DNA from: Acidobacteriota bacterium
Lineage (GTDB): Bacteria; Acidobacteriota; Thermoanaerobaculia; Multivoradales; UBA5704
DNA length: 64,000 nt
NCBI GenBank assembly: GCA_040005235.1
Contig: JBDTZG010000029.1
Span: 1-64,000 of the forward strand
Direction of reading: 5' to 3'
A model generated the notes under the pieces. The model was not told the DNA's origin. It searched no databases and saw nothing but the letters and a program-made list of their open reading frames with translations. A program made the position numbers and the translations under genes. This document shows, piece after piece, positions 19,262 to 28,735 of this stretch (positions are counted from its first letter, which is position 1; every line of letters starts with the position of its first letter).

Positions 19262-21253
19262 ATGCCTGGATTTCTTACCCGCCGAACCGAGTCGAAGCCC
19301 CGCCGCTCCCGCGGTGGGCTGCTGCTGGCCGTGCTCGCGTCCGGTTTCTGCCTGGTGGCCCCACTTCTTCGCGCTTCTCTCGCCACGGCTCCGGGCCGGC
19401 CGAAGGCTTCCCAGGGCGCCAAGCGGGTCGGCGCGGCGGCGGCTCCGGCGCAACCGGACCTTCGCCCCAATCTTCTACTGATCACCGTCGACACCCTGCG
19501 CCCCGACGCCTTGGGTTGGGTTGCGGGCAAAAACGAGACCCCGGCTTTCGATGCCTATGCGGCCGAAGGGGTTCGATTTGCATCCGCTGTTTCGCCCGTG
19601 CCGCTCACCCTGCCGGCGCATGCCTCGATCCTTTCCGGGCGTTTACCGCGGCGGAGCGGCGTCCGTGACGACGGCCAGCCCTTGCCCGAAGGGGTGCTCA
19701 CGCTCGCGGAGAGGCTCGAAAAAAGCGGTTACGCGACCGCCGCGTTCGTTTCGGGTTCGCCGCTCGAAGCGATCTATGGGCTCGATCGGGGTTTCGCCCT
19801 CTACGACGACCGTCTGCCGGAGGGGGCCGCGGGAGCCTCCGAGCGGCGGGCTTTCGACACCACGACCGCGGCGCTCGGTTGGATCGCCAAGGCGCGGTCG
19901 CCCTGGTTCGTCTGGGTGCACTACTACGACGCGCACGACCCGTACGAACCGCCGCAAAGCTTCCTGCGGCCGGGGCCGCGCGGTGCGTATGACGGGGAAG
20001 TGGCCTATGTCGATGCCTGGCTGGCCCGCCTTCGTGCGGGTCTGCCGCCTGCGGCGGCTTCGAACCTGCTCACCGTTCTCGCCTCCGACCATGGCGAATC
20101 CCTGGGCGAGCACCGCGAAAAGACCCATGGCCTGTTCCTCTACGACGCGACGACCGCCGTGCCCCTGGTGTTTCATTTTCCGGGCCGGTTGAAGCCGGCA
20201 GCGAGCCGCGAGGCTGCCCGCCTGATCGACCTCGCGCCGACCGCGCTCGATCTGCTGGGGCTCGCTCCGCTGCCGGGAATCGACGGAATCAGCCTGCGGC
20301 CCTTGCTCGAAGGAAAGCCTCAGTCCGTGCCGGCCGCGTATTTGGAGACCCGCCTCCCCTGGACGCGCTTCGGCTGGGCGCCGTTGACGGCGCTCCGCGA
20401 CGGGGCGTGGAAGCTGGTCGCGGCCCCGAAGCCGGAGCTCTACGATCTGACCCAAGATGCGGGGGAGGGGACGAATCGGATCGCCGCCGAGCATCCCGTC
20501 GCCCGCCGCTTGGCAGCCGCCCTCAAGGTGATCGAAAAGCGCCCCGCGGCGTTCAGCCCCGGAGTTGCGGATTCGGAGGCGGCCCGGCGCGTGCTCGGTG
20601 CGCGGGGTGCGATGAAGAGCTTGGCGCCCTCTCCCGGCCTTCCCGATCCGAAAGACCGGCTCGATCTCCACGATCGGCTCGAAGCGGGAGCCGACGCCTT
20701 GCGCGACGGTCGCTTCGCTGCGGCGATCGCCGCTTTCGACGCGATCCTTGAGGCCGAACCCAACAACCGCTTCGCGGCGCTCCGCTCCGGTACCGCACTG
20801 CTCCAGGCGGGACGCCTCGACAAGGCCGCCAAGCGTTTGACCCGTGCGGTCGAGCTCGACCCGGAGAGCGCGGCGGCGAGGGGGGCGCTGGCCACCGCTT
20901 TGACCCGGGAAGGCCGCTTCCGCGACGCGGTGCCGCAGTGGTTGGAATTGGCGAGATTGCAGCCGCGCCGTATCGACGCCTGGTCGAATTTGGGGTTGGC
21001 GCTGGGCCGCACCGGCAACCCCGGTGACCTCGACCGGGCCGCCGCCGCATTCTCCGAAGCCGCTCGGCTCGATCCCGGCAATCCGCGCCGCCGGAGCGAC
21101 TTGGCAGACGCCCATCTGGCGCTGGCCCGCCGGGCACTCGGCCAAGGGGACCGCACCGCGGCGAATCGGGCCCTGGTCTCGGCGGTCGAAATCGATCCGA
21201 GAGCCCGCGACCGGGCGGCCGCGGACCCGAAGTTGGTGGGATTGGTGCGGTGA
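19262..21253 (+). CDS. Sulfatase-like hydrolase with C-terminal TPRs
   Basis: LITVDTLRPD, PLTLPAHASILSG, WVHYYDAHDPY, SDHGE; TPR tail. Confidence 0.88.
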   Translation: MPGFLTRRTESKPRRSRGGLLLAVLASGFCLVAPLLRASLATAPGRPKASQGAKRVGAAAAPAQPDLRPNLLLITVDTLRPDALGWVAGKNETPAFDAYAAEGVRFASAVSPVPLTLPAHASILSGRLPRRSGVRDDGQPLPEGVLTLAERLEKSGYATAAFVSGSPLEAIYGLDRGFALYDDRLPEGAAGASERRAFDTTTAALGWIAKARSPWFVWVHYYDAHDPYEPPQSFLRPGPRGAYDGEVAYVDAWLARLRAGLPPAAASNLLTVLASDHGESLGEHREKTHGLFLYDATTAVPLVFHFPGRLKPAASREAARLIDLAPTALDLLGLAPLPGIDGISLRPLLEGKPQSVPAAYLETRLPWTRFGWAPLTALRDGAWKLVAAPKPELYDLTQDAGEGTNRIAAEHPVARRLAAALKVIEKRPAAFSPGVADSEAARRVLGARGAMKSLAPSPGLPDPKDRLDLHDRLEAGADALRDGRFAAAIAAFDAILEAEPNNRFAALRSGTALLQAGRLDKAAKRLTRAVELDPESAAARGALATALTREGRFRDAVPQWLELARLQPRRIDAWSNLGLALGRTGNPGDLDRAAAAFSEAARLDPGNPRRRSDLADAHLALARRALGQGDRTAANRALVSAVEIDPRARDRAAADPKLVGLVR

Positions 21254-21270
21254 GCTTTGACCCGCGACGA

Positions 21271-21348
21271 CTGACGTAGGGGCGGAGCTTGCCTCCGCCC
21301 GCGGTTGTCGCGGATCTCGGGCGGAGGCAAGCTCCGCCCCTACGTCAG
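21271..21348. repeat. GTAG-type REP doublet (31-bp perfect inverted repeat)
   Basis: ctgacgtaggggcggagcttgcctccgcccg (21271-21301) and its exact reverse complement (21318-21348) between convergent genes. Confidence 0.88.
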
Positions 21349-21392
21349 GGTCTCGGCTGTTCAATGGGCGCCGAAATGCGTCTCCCAAGAAC

Positions 21393-22979
21393 CTACTTCG
21401 CCACCGCGTGCTCCAGGCTCCGCTCGGCGAGCGCGGCGATCGTTCGGGTCGGATTTCGGCCGATCGCCTCGGGGATGATCGCGCCATCGATCACGTAGAG
21501 CCGCTCATGGCCGAAGACCCGGCCGAGGTGATCGACCACGCCATCGTTGGCCGTGCGCCCCATGTTGCAGCCGCCGAGCGGGTGAGGCGTCACCAGCATC
21601 TTGAGCAGGGTCCAGGTCGGCGGCACCCACGGGTCGCCGCCGGTCGCAGCGGAAAGTTTCTTGTGCATGGCGACGATGCCGTCGACCATCGCCTCGGACT
21701 TTTCGATCTCCCAGGCGAGCTTGAGCACCCGCTTCCAGGGCGCCCACCATTTGCGGCCGAGGTAGAACTTGCCGTTGGCGGCATCGATCCCCTGCGCGAA
21801 CCAGGGCATGACGTTGCTGAACCCGGGCTTGCCCTCCAGGTGCTTGCCGACGGCGGAGAGCAGTTGGTTCCAACGCCGGTCCTTGCTCCCCTTGGCGAGC
21901 TTCTCCTCAATGTAGCCGAGGACCAGATCAGGGAAGCCGCCGTCCTCGATGAAGAACTTGTTTCCCCCTTGAGAACCATCGAGGAAGTCGATCGCCGAGG
22001 AGATCGTCGGCCCCTGAGTCGGGTTGATCACCCGGTCCTTGCCGTAGAACGCGGGAGTCAAAAAGTCGCCGTTCGATGACCAGCCGATCCCGAGCCGGGG
22101 ACTCAAGTTCGGCAGCGTCTTGTACTGGTCGCGGCAGCGCAGCAGCAGATCGCTCGAACCGAGAGAGCCGGCGGCGACGATTACCTTCGGCGCGGTTTCG
22201 CTCCCCGGGATCAGCTTGCCGTTCTCGATCCGGTCGAAATTCACCTTCCAGCCGGTCCCTTGCGGCTCGATCGAGCGCACCAGGTGGAGCGGCCGCACCT
22301 CGGCCCCTTTCTTTTCCGCCCAGGCGAGGTAGTTCAGGTCGAGCGTGTTCTTCGCTTTGACCGGGCAACCGAGATCGCAGAATCCGAGGTGGACGCAGGT
22401 TCCCTGCTCCACTCCCTGCTCGTTGACGAACTTTTCCGAGTGGCTGTGGTCGAACGGGTTCGGCAGGTCGTAGCTCCACTTGTCCGAGAACGAAACGGCG
22501 AGCGGGAGAGGCATGAATCGGTGCCCCTCGCCGATCTTTTCGGCCCCCTCCTTCATCAGGTTGAAACGCCGGGTGAGCTGGTTGTCCGGCACCTTCTGGA
22601 TGTTCATGAACTTGGCGACCCGCGCGTAGTAGGGCGCCAGCTCCTGATAAGTGACCTCGGGGGGCCAGCCGTCCTCGAACAGCTCCGGACGGGCCTCGAC
22701 GGAGATATTGGCGTAGATCAGCGAGCCGCCGCCCACCCCGGCCCCCTGGACCACCACCATGTCGCCGAAGAAGCGCATGTCGATCCAGCCGTTTTCGCGC
22801 TCGGGACACTCCGGATCGTAGGTCCAAGCGTCGCCAGGTTTCCGCGGATAGTCCTCGACCTGCCAGCGCCGCCCCCGTTCGAGCACCAGCACCCGGTGCC
22901 CCGCTTCGGCCAGGCGGCAGGCGGAGACCGAGCCGCCGAAACCGCTGCCGATGATGATCGCGTCAAAGCCCTGTGCCAT
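21393..22979 (-). CDS. GMC-family oxidoreductase, cholesterol-oxidase-like
   Basis: IIGSGFGGSV, GVGGGSLIY, CVHLGFCDLGC, HPLGGC, NPTRTI. Confidence 0.9.
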   Translation of the reverse strand: MAQGFDAIIIGSGFGGSVSACRLAEAGHRVLVLERGRRWQVEDYPRKPGDAWTYDPECPERENGWIDMRFFGDMVVVQGAGVGGGSLIYANISVEARPELFEDGWPPEVTYQELAPYYARVAKFMNIQKVPDNQLTRRFNLMKEGAEKIGEGHRFMPLPLAVSFSDKWSYDLPNPFDHSHSEKFVNEQGVEQGTCVHLGFCDLGCPVKAKNTLDLNYLAWAEKKGAEVRPLHLVRSIEPQGTGWKVNFDRIENGKLIPGSETAPKVIVAAGSLGSSDLLLRCRDQYKTLPNLSPRLGIGWSSNGDFLTPAFYGKDRVINPTQGPTISSAIDFLDGSQGGNKFFIEDGGFPDLVLGYIEEKLAKGSKDRRWNQLLSAVGKHLEGKPGFSNVMPWFAQGIDAANGKFYLGRKWWAPWKRVLKLAWEIEKSEAMVDGIVAMHKKLSAATGGDPWVPPTWTLLKMLVTPHPLGGCNMGRTANDGVVDHLGRVFGHERLYVIDGAIIPEAIGRNPTRTIAALAERSLEHAVAK

Positions 22980-23003
22980 GGAGTGGCTCCTTTTCCCCGC
23001 GCG

Positions 23004-23441
23004 TCACCGGGCCGACGATGACGATTTCGCGACGTGGGGATAGGTGAGGATGAAGGCGATGATGTAGAGGCCGAGGGCCGTGCAGGTGAGCGAGTAGAAG
23101 ACCAGTCCGGGTCCTTGCGCCGTGCCGCCGCCGCGCAGGCCGCCGTCGGTCATCGCGTCTCCCAAGATGTGGCCGCCGTGGATCGCTAAGCCGATCATCA
23201 CGATCGAATTCCACGCCCAGCGCTGCCCCTGTTTGAACGGAATCCAGGTCAGGATGACGACCATTGCGCAGAGCGTCAGGGTGTAGAAACCGCCGGTGAC
23301 CATGTGAAAGAGGGCGTGGTGGGTGCCCCAGTCGGGCGTGCGCAGGTGGATCAACGCGCCGCGGGCGTCGATCAGCCCGAACGCGATCGGGAGCACGGTG
23401 AGCATCCACATCCCGATCTTGGTTTTCTGGGTCGGTTGCAT
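23004..23441 (-). CDS. Small integral membrane protein (4 TM)
   Basis: Hydrophobic helices, WGTHHALFH; AAGGAG SD; lies inside the hydrolase-oxidase operon. Confidence 0.7.
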   Translation of the reverse strand: MQPTQKTKIGMWMLTVLPIAFGLIDARGALIHLRTPDWGTHHALFHMVTGGFYTLTLCAMVVILTWIPFKQGQRWAWNSIVMIGLAIHGGHILGDAMTDGGLRGGGTAQGPGLVFYSLTCTALGLYIIAFILTYPHVAKSSSSAR

Positions 23442-23450
23442 CTTCGCTCC

Positions 23451-24581
23451 TTAAGCTACGTCGTTCGTCGCGGCCTCGGAATAGCCGCGGCGGTGTTTGC
23501 CGATGAACTCCACCAGACGAGGAAAGATGTCCTTGTCGTTGTTCTTGCCCATGAACGGATCCTGGTGGCCATAGCCGGGGAAGATCACCAGCTCGTGCCG
23601 GCCGGGGACCAGCTTTTCCAGCCGTTGGTGGCAGACGATGTTCGAGTCGGAGAAGACCCGATTGTTCTCGCCGGTCATCAACATCACCGGCGTTTCGATC
23701 TCCTTGGCATGCTCGAAATAATCGTTCGGCAGCGACTTGTATTGCGGATCGTCGGGCAGATACTTGACCGCGGTGTTGTTCGCCCCGAGCATTTTGCCCA
23801 CGTGCCGGTAGTAGTTCATGCTGGTCGCGCCATAGAGGTCGCCGCCGCGCTGGTGGGTGACGTCCGCGAGATTCTTGTGCTCGTAAAGAGCGGGCCAGCC
23901 GGTGCCCCACATCATCGACAGCATGTGGCAGGCGGGGACGTCGCATTCGCGGTGGAAGAACGAAACGATCTTCGAGAAGATCCAACCCCGGGTGAGAGGC
24001 GGGTCGTCGCTCCAGCGCGGATCGAGGTAGGGCACGCTCAGCACGTAGTCGACCAGGAAGGGCGCCGCCCAGATCTTCATCCGCGACCAGGCCGGCACTC
24101 TTGGCGTGAGCGCCACGCTGTTGGCGATCACGCTCGTGATTCCTGTAACCGCGCGGCCGAATAGCGACATCATGAACGACACCGAGCCGAGGCAGTGGCA
24201 GATCACGTGGATACGCCGGTCGCCGACGTGCTTGCGGATCTCGGCGAGCGCCGCGGGAAAGTCGTAGAGCGCGATGTCGTCCATGTTGAACCGGTGGCGC
24301 TTCAGGTTGTAGCTGTGGCGGTTGCTCATCCGGAAATCGAACGACCAGACGTCGGTGAGGCCGTGGTCGAGCAGGTAGCTCACCAGGTTGTAGTGCTCCG
24401 GCATGACGAACATGTCGGTCGAGGTGGTGAGGCCGTGAATGATCACCACCACGTCGTCGCACGGCTTGCGTAGGAATCGGAACGCCGACAGCCCGAGCAG
24501 GTCGCCGGTGGTGATGTAGTGGGTCGAGATGTCGGCGTCTTTGACGCCGTCCAGCGTAAAGAGAGGAATCTCACGCGCCAT
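23451..24581 (-). CDS. Alpha/beta hydrolase associated with the GMC oxidase
   Basis: HGLTTS oxyanion motif, CHCLGS elbow, GYGHQD; GGAGG SD before ATG 24581. Confidence 0.85.
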   Translation of the reverse strand: MAREIPLFTLDGVKDADISTHYITTGDLLGLSAFRFLRKPCDDVVVIIHGLTTSTDMFVMPEHYNLVSYLLDHGLTDVWSFDFRMSNRHSYNLKRHRFNMDDIALYDFPAALAEIRKHVGDRRIHVICHCLGSVSFMMSLFGRAVTGITSVIANSVALTPRVPAWSRMKIWAAPFLVDYVLSVPYLDPRWSDDPPLTRGWIFSKIVSFFHRECDVPACHMLSMMWGTGWPALYEHKNLADVTHQRGGDLYGATSMNYYRHVGKMLGANNTAVKYLPDDPQYKSLPNDYFEHAKEIETPVMLMTGENNRVFSDSNIVCHQRLEKLVPGRHELVIFPGYGHQDPFMGKNNDKDIFPRLVEFIGKHRRGYSEAATNDVA

Positions 24582-24724
24582 GGTCAATCCTCCGAGAGGC
24601 GGCACTCCGAGAAGCCAACCTGCCGAGATACGTCCGTCGGAAAAAGCACACGCTTTATTTTGACCGAAGCTTAACACGCAGGTCGGGTCAACGGTAGCCC
24701 GGAGTGCGGCCTCCTGGCGGCCTC

Positions 24725-25201
24725 CTAGGGGGCCGCGGCTCGCCGGGGCCGCTGTTTCACCGAGATCGACTTGATGATCAGGAGATGCGGTTGATCGGGA
24801 TCGAGCGGCCGCTTGGCGTGTGCGAGAGCGGTTTCCATCAGGGCCTGGATTTCGGAGCGGTCGAGATCCTCGGCCTCGTCGAGCACGATGTGCCGGGCGA
24901 CCGAGCCGCTGCCGGCGAGCAGCTTTTGGGGGTCGGGGAGACCCACCGCCTGTAGGAAGAACAAACTGATCCAGCGGGGATAGAGGGCGATCGAGAAGAT
25001 CGCGTCGTCGGGCCGGTCGGTCGGGCCGAAGCCGATCGCCAGCGCACTGTAATTGTCGTAGACCAGCTCGACCGCGCCGGTCAGTCGGGAGCGCATGCGG
25101 GCGAGGACGTCGTGAGCGCGCTCGGCGATTTCAGGGCTATACCTGGCGATGAACCCGGCGAGCTGCTCTTCGGCGGTGACGACGACGGTTCGATCGGCCA
25201 T
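24725..25201 (-). CDS. DUF1801-like hypothetical protein
   Basis: ELVYDNY, LPDPQKLLAGSG.VARHI motifs. Confidence 0.65.
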   Translation of the reverse strand: MADRTVVVTAEEQLAGFIARYSPEIAERAHDVLARMRSRLTGAVELVYDNYSALAIGFGPTDRPDDAIFSIALYPRWISLFFLQAVGLPDPQKLLAGSGSVARHIVLDEAEDLDRSEIQALMETALAHAKRPLDPDQPHLLIIKSISVKQRPRRAAAP

Positions 25202-25242
25202 GGAGATTCTTCCTCTCGCGCTACTCTGATGTAGACCGCGGG

Positions 25243-27348
25243 TCAGCTGCCGTTGGGTCGCGCAAACAACGTTTCTCGTTCGAGCAGCGGCCGAGTCGTC
25301 GCGTCAGCCCGCTCCCACGCGCGGCGGATGTGCCCGTCGCTCGCCGGTTCGTGCAGCAGAACGGCGACCTCCGCCCGCTTGAACAGCGCCATCGGCAGGT
25401 CGGGGTGATGGGCGGGCAGCCGGCCGATCGCCCGGTCGAGCGCATCGCGAGCCTCGGTGAAACGCCGGGCGGCCAGGTAACAGACGCCCAGATCGAGATC
25501 GTGGACGAAACGGTCCCCTTCGAGGGAGCGGGCGCGCTCGAAGGCGTCGAGCGCGCCCGGCGTGTCGTTCATCGCCATGCGCAGAAGCCCTAAGCGGGCG
25601 AGGTCCGGCCCGGTGGCGCTCTTCTTCTCGATCACCTGTTCGAGCAGCCGCGCGGCCTCCGGCGCGTTTCCTTCGTGCTCGCGGATCGCGGCGAGCCCTT
25701 CGAGCGCCGCCAGCCGGCCCGGGTCGGCGGCGAGGACGCTCGCGAGCAGCGGCGCGGCTTGGACCTCGTGGCCGAAGCGCAGCAGGTGGAGACCCTGATA
25801 AGCGCGCAGATCGAGCGATTCGGGGCGCAGGCGCCGGGCTGCGGCGAACTGCTCGTCTGCCTTGGCCTCTTTGCCGAGGAGCGACCAGGCGACCGCGAGG
25901 CGCAGGCGGGCCGTCGCATTGTTCGGATCTTTCGCCGCCACCCGTTCGAGCGGACCGATCGCGCCGGCATAGTCCTCCCGGACGAACCGCGCGGACCCGA
26001 GGTCGAGATCGCGGAACAGGTCGGTGCGATCCTTCGGATTCGGCGCATCGGGACGGAGTGCGGTGGGAGCGTCTCCTCCCGCCACGTAGCCGAGGCTTGC
26101 GAGCCGCTTGCGGTCTTCATCCGAAAGCGAGGCCTCGGAGGCCGAGGGAGAGGCGGGGAGCTTCGCCAGGTAGTCGGAGAGCGCCGCGCTCACCTTCCGG
26201 TTCGGTTCGCTTTTCGGCTCGATTCGGTGGGCCAGATCACCCAGATCGGTCAGCTCGCGGGGATCCGCCGCGAGGTCGTACACCTCGGTGACGCCCGAGC
26301 GGATCACTTTGATCCGGCCGTCGATCGCCATGGCCTGCGGCTGCCAGCCGTAATCGAGAAACGGCATCATCGCCTCGCCGAGCACGATCTCCGGTCGCGG
26401 CGAAACCAGGCTCGCGGCAGGGGCGTCCGGCGCATCGAGCCCGGCAAACCCGAGGATGGTGTCGAACACGCGGCGGGTGGAGATTGGCTCGTCGCGCACT
26501 CCCGGCACCACGTCCTCATTCCCAGCAATCACCAGCGGCACCCGCATCGTTCCCTGGTAGAGCAGGTGGCCGTGGAACGCCTCGCCATGCTCGCCTCGCC
26601 CCTCGCCGTGGTCGCCGACCACGATCGCCCGCCAGCCGGTCGCGGCGGAGCGGGTCTCGAAGTCCGCGAGCAGTCGACCCAGCTCCTGATCCATCGCGGC
26701 GATCTCGCCCAGGTAGGGATCTTTGGTGTACCGCGAGCGGAACGGCTCCGGCGGTTCGTACGGGTCGTGCGGATCGTAGTAGTGGACCCAGAGAAAGAGC
26801 GGTTTCCCCGCCGCCGGAACGTTCGCCCGAAGGTAGCCGAGCGCCCTGTCGGTCGTCTCCTTGGCGGAGCGTTCCGACCGGCCGCCGAGCTCGTCGTCAT
26901 AGGTCTCAAACCCCGTGGCGAGGCCGAAACCATGGGCGAGCGGGAAACCCGAAACGAAAGCCGCCGTGCGGTACCCGCCCTTCGCGAGCAGCGCGGCGAG
27001 CGGCTCGCGCCCCGGAGGTTCGGAGGTGAGGGTCCGACCGTTTTCGCGCACGCCGTGATCCTTGGGGTAAAGCCCGGTGAGCATCGAGGCGTGGGCCGGA
27101 AAGGTCTGCGGAGCGGTCGTGTAGGCCTGGGCGAAGCGGAGTCCGCGGGCGGCCAGGGCGTCGAGATTCGGCGTTTCCGGACCTTTCGATTCGTAGCCCA
27201 CCGCGTCGGCGCGGGTGGTGTCGAGGGTCACCAGGAGGATCGACGGAGAGGCTGCCGCGGAGCTCCCGGGCGAGCCGGGGGAGCCGGGCGAGCAGGCCGG
27301 CAGCGCCAGGAGAGCGGGGAGGAAAAGCGCTGGGCCGAGTCGTTTCAT
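25243..27348 (-). CDS. Sulfatase-like lipoprotein with C-terminal TPRs
   Basis: LALPAC lipobox; VTLDTTRAD, PQTFPAHASMLTG, WVHYYDPHDPY, GDHGE. Confidence 0.88.
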   Translation of the reverse strand: MKRLGPALFLPALLALPACSPGSPGSPGSSAAASPSILLVTLDTTRADAVGYESKGPETPNLDALAARGLRFAQAYTTAPQTFPAHASMLTGLYPKDHGVRENGRTLTSEPPGREPLAALLAKGGYRTAAFVSGFPLAHGFGLATGFETYDDELGGRSERSAKETTDRALGYLRANVPAAGKPLFLWVHYYDPHDPYEPPEPFRSRYTKDPYLGEIAAMDQELGRLLADFETRSAATGWRAIVVGDHGEGRGEHGEAFHGHLLYQGTMRVPLVIAGNEDVVPGVRDEPISTRRVFDTILGFAGLDAPDAPAASLVSPRPEIVLGEAMMPFLDYGWQPQAMAIDGRIKVIRSGVTEVYDLAADPRELTDLGDLAHRIEPKSEPNRKVSAALSDYLAKLPASPSASEASLSDEDRKRLASLGYVAGGDAPTALRPDAPNPKDRTDLFRDLDLGSARFVREDYAGAIGPLERVAAKDPNNATARLRLAVAWSLLGKEAKADEQFAAARRLRPESLDLRAYQGLHLLRFGHEVQAAPLLASVLAADPGRLAALEGLAAIREHEGNAPEAARLLEQVIEKKSATGPDLARLGLLRMAMNDTPGALDAFERARSLEGDRFVHDLDLGVCYLAARRFTEARDALDRAIGRLPAHHPDLPMALFKRAEVAVLLHEPASDGHIRRAWERADATTRPLLERETLFARPNGS

Positions 27349-27457
27349 GCACCGTTCGATTCTCGCCGCAGTATATGGCTCCCGCCGGGCACTAGAATGT
27401 CTGGGCAAACCGCACCCTGCCGGGCTCTCCGGCCCCTCTGGAAAGGATTCGGACGCC

Positions 27458-28540
27458 ATGATCAGCCGCCGAGATTTCGCCGGACTCCTAGCCGCCGTGC
27501 CGCTTTCCGGGCTCGTTTCGAAGAAAGCCCCGAAGTCGGCGGCCCGCGCCGAGATCCCCGGGATCCCCGCGGCGCCCGCTTCCTCCCCGAAGCCGGTGAT
27601 CAAGCCGGCCAAGCTCTCGCCCGGCGATACGGTCGGCATGATCCTCCCCGCGACGCTCGAATTCACCCCGAGCATGATCGACGTAGGGATCGAGCAGCTC
27701 GAAGCGATCGGCTGGAAGGTCAAGCTGGGAGCGCACGCCCGCGACCGCTACGGATCGTTTGCCGGCACCGATCAAAATCGCGCGGCGGACGTGAACGCGA
27801 TGTTCGCCGACCCGGAGGTGAAGGGGATCATCTGCTACGCCGGAGGGTGGGGGACGCCGCGCCTCCTGCCGCTGCTCGATTTCCCGATGATCGCCAAGAA
27901 CCCCAAGGTGCTGGTCGGCTACAGCGACATCACCGCCTTGTTGAACGCGATCCGCCAGGAGACCGGTCTGGTGACCTTTCACGGACCGATCGCGGGCTCG
28001 AACCTGCGCCCCTACTCGCTCGACCACCTGCGCCGCGCGGTCATGTCGACCGAGCCGCTCGGCCTCCTGGAGAATCCGGCGAAAGAAGACGACGAGCTGG
28101 TGCCGCGCACGTTCCGGTTCCGGAAGATCCGCGGCGGTCGCGCCCGCGGCCGGCTGGTGGGAGGGAACCTCACGCTCTTTTCCGCCCTCCAGGGAACCCC
28201 GTGGCAGATCGATACCCGCGGCGCGATCGTGCTGCTCGAAGACGTCCACGAAGCCCCGTACCGGGTCGATCGCATGCTCACCCAAATCGCCCAGGGAGGG
28301 GCGTTCGAGCATGCCGCGGCCGTCGTCTTCGGCTACTGCACGGAATGCAACGCCGACGGCCCCGCCTCGTTCAACATCGAGGAGATCCTCGACGACCATC
28401 TGGGGAATGTAGGGATTCCCGTCCTCACCGGCCTCGCCTTCGGCCATCTGCCGCAGATGCTCACCCTGCCGCTCGGCCTGGAGGCGGATCTGGACGTCGA
28501 CGCCGGGACGATTTCGATCGGCGAGGGGGCGGTGGTGTAG
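27458..28540 (+). CDS. LD-carboxypeptidase (S66 family) with Tat signal
   Basis: SRRDF; GYSDIT (Ser), GGNL, LLEDVHE (Glu), FGH (His). Confidence 0.9.
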   Translation: MISRRDFAGLLAAVPLSGLVSKKAPKSAARAEIPGIPAAPASSPKPVIKPAKLSPGDTVGMILPATLEFTPSMIDVGIEQLEAIGWKVKLGAHARDRYGSFAGTDQNRAADVNAMFADPEVKGIICYAGGWGTPRLLPLLDFPMIAKNPKVLVGYSDITALLNAIRQETGLVTFHGPIAGSNLRPYSLDHLRRAVMSTEPLGLLENPAKEDDELVPRTFRFRKIRGGRARGRLVGGNLTLFSALQGTPWQIDTRGAIVLLEDVHEAPYRVDRMLTQIAQGGAFEHAAAVVFGYCTECNADGPASFNIEEILDDHLGNVGIPVLTGLAFGHLPQMLTLPLGLEADLDVDAGTISIGEGAVV

Positions 28541-28735
28541 GTCCGTCACGTCACTTCCGCAGCCCGCCATGTTATCGTCACGCCAGTCTTTCGCTCTGGT
28601 CATTACACGCGCAGCTCGTCGGCGTTTTTCGTCGGCTCCGTAGGCTCCCGCCCCGCTCGAATTCCTTTGGCTCGCGGCGGATGCCGCTGCGGCGCCGCGC
28701 TGCGCTTGCGGCTTCGCGCAACAGGGGGGTCCTCG

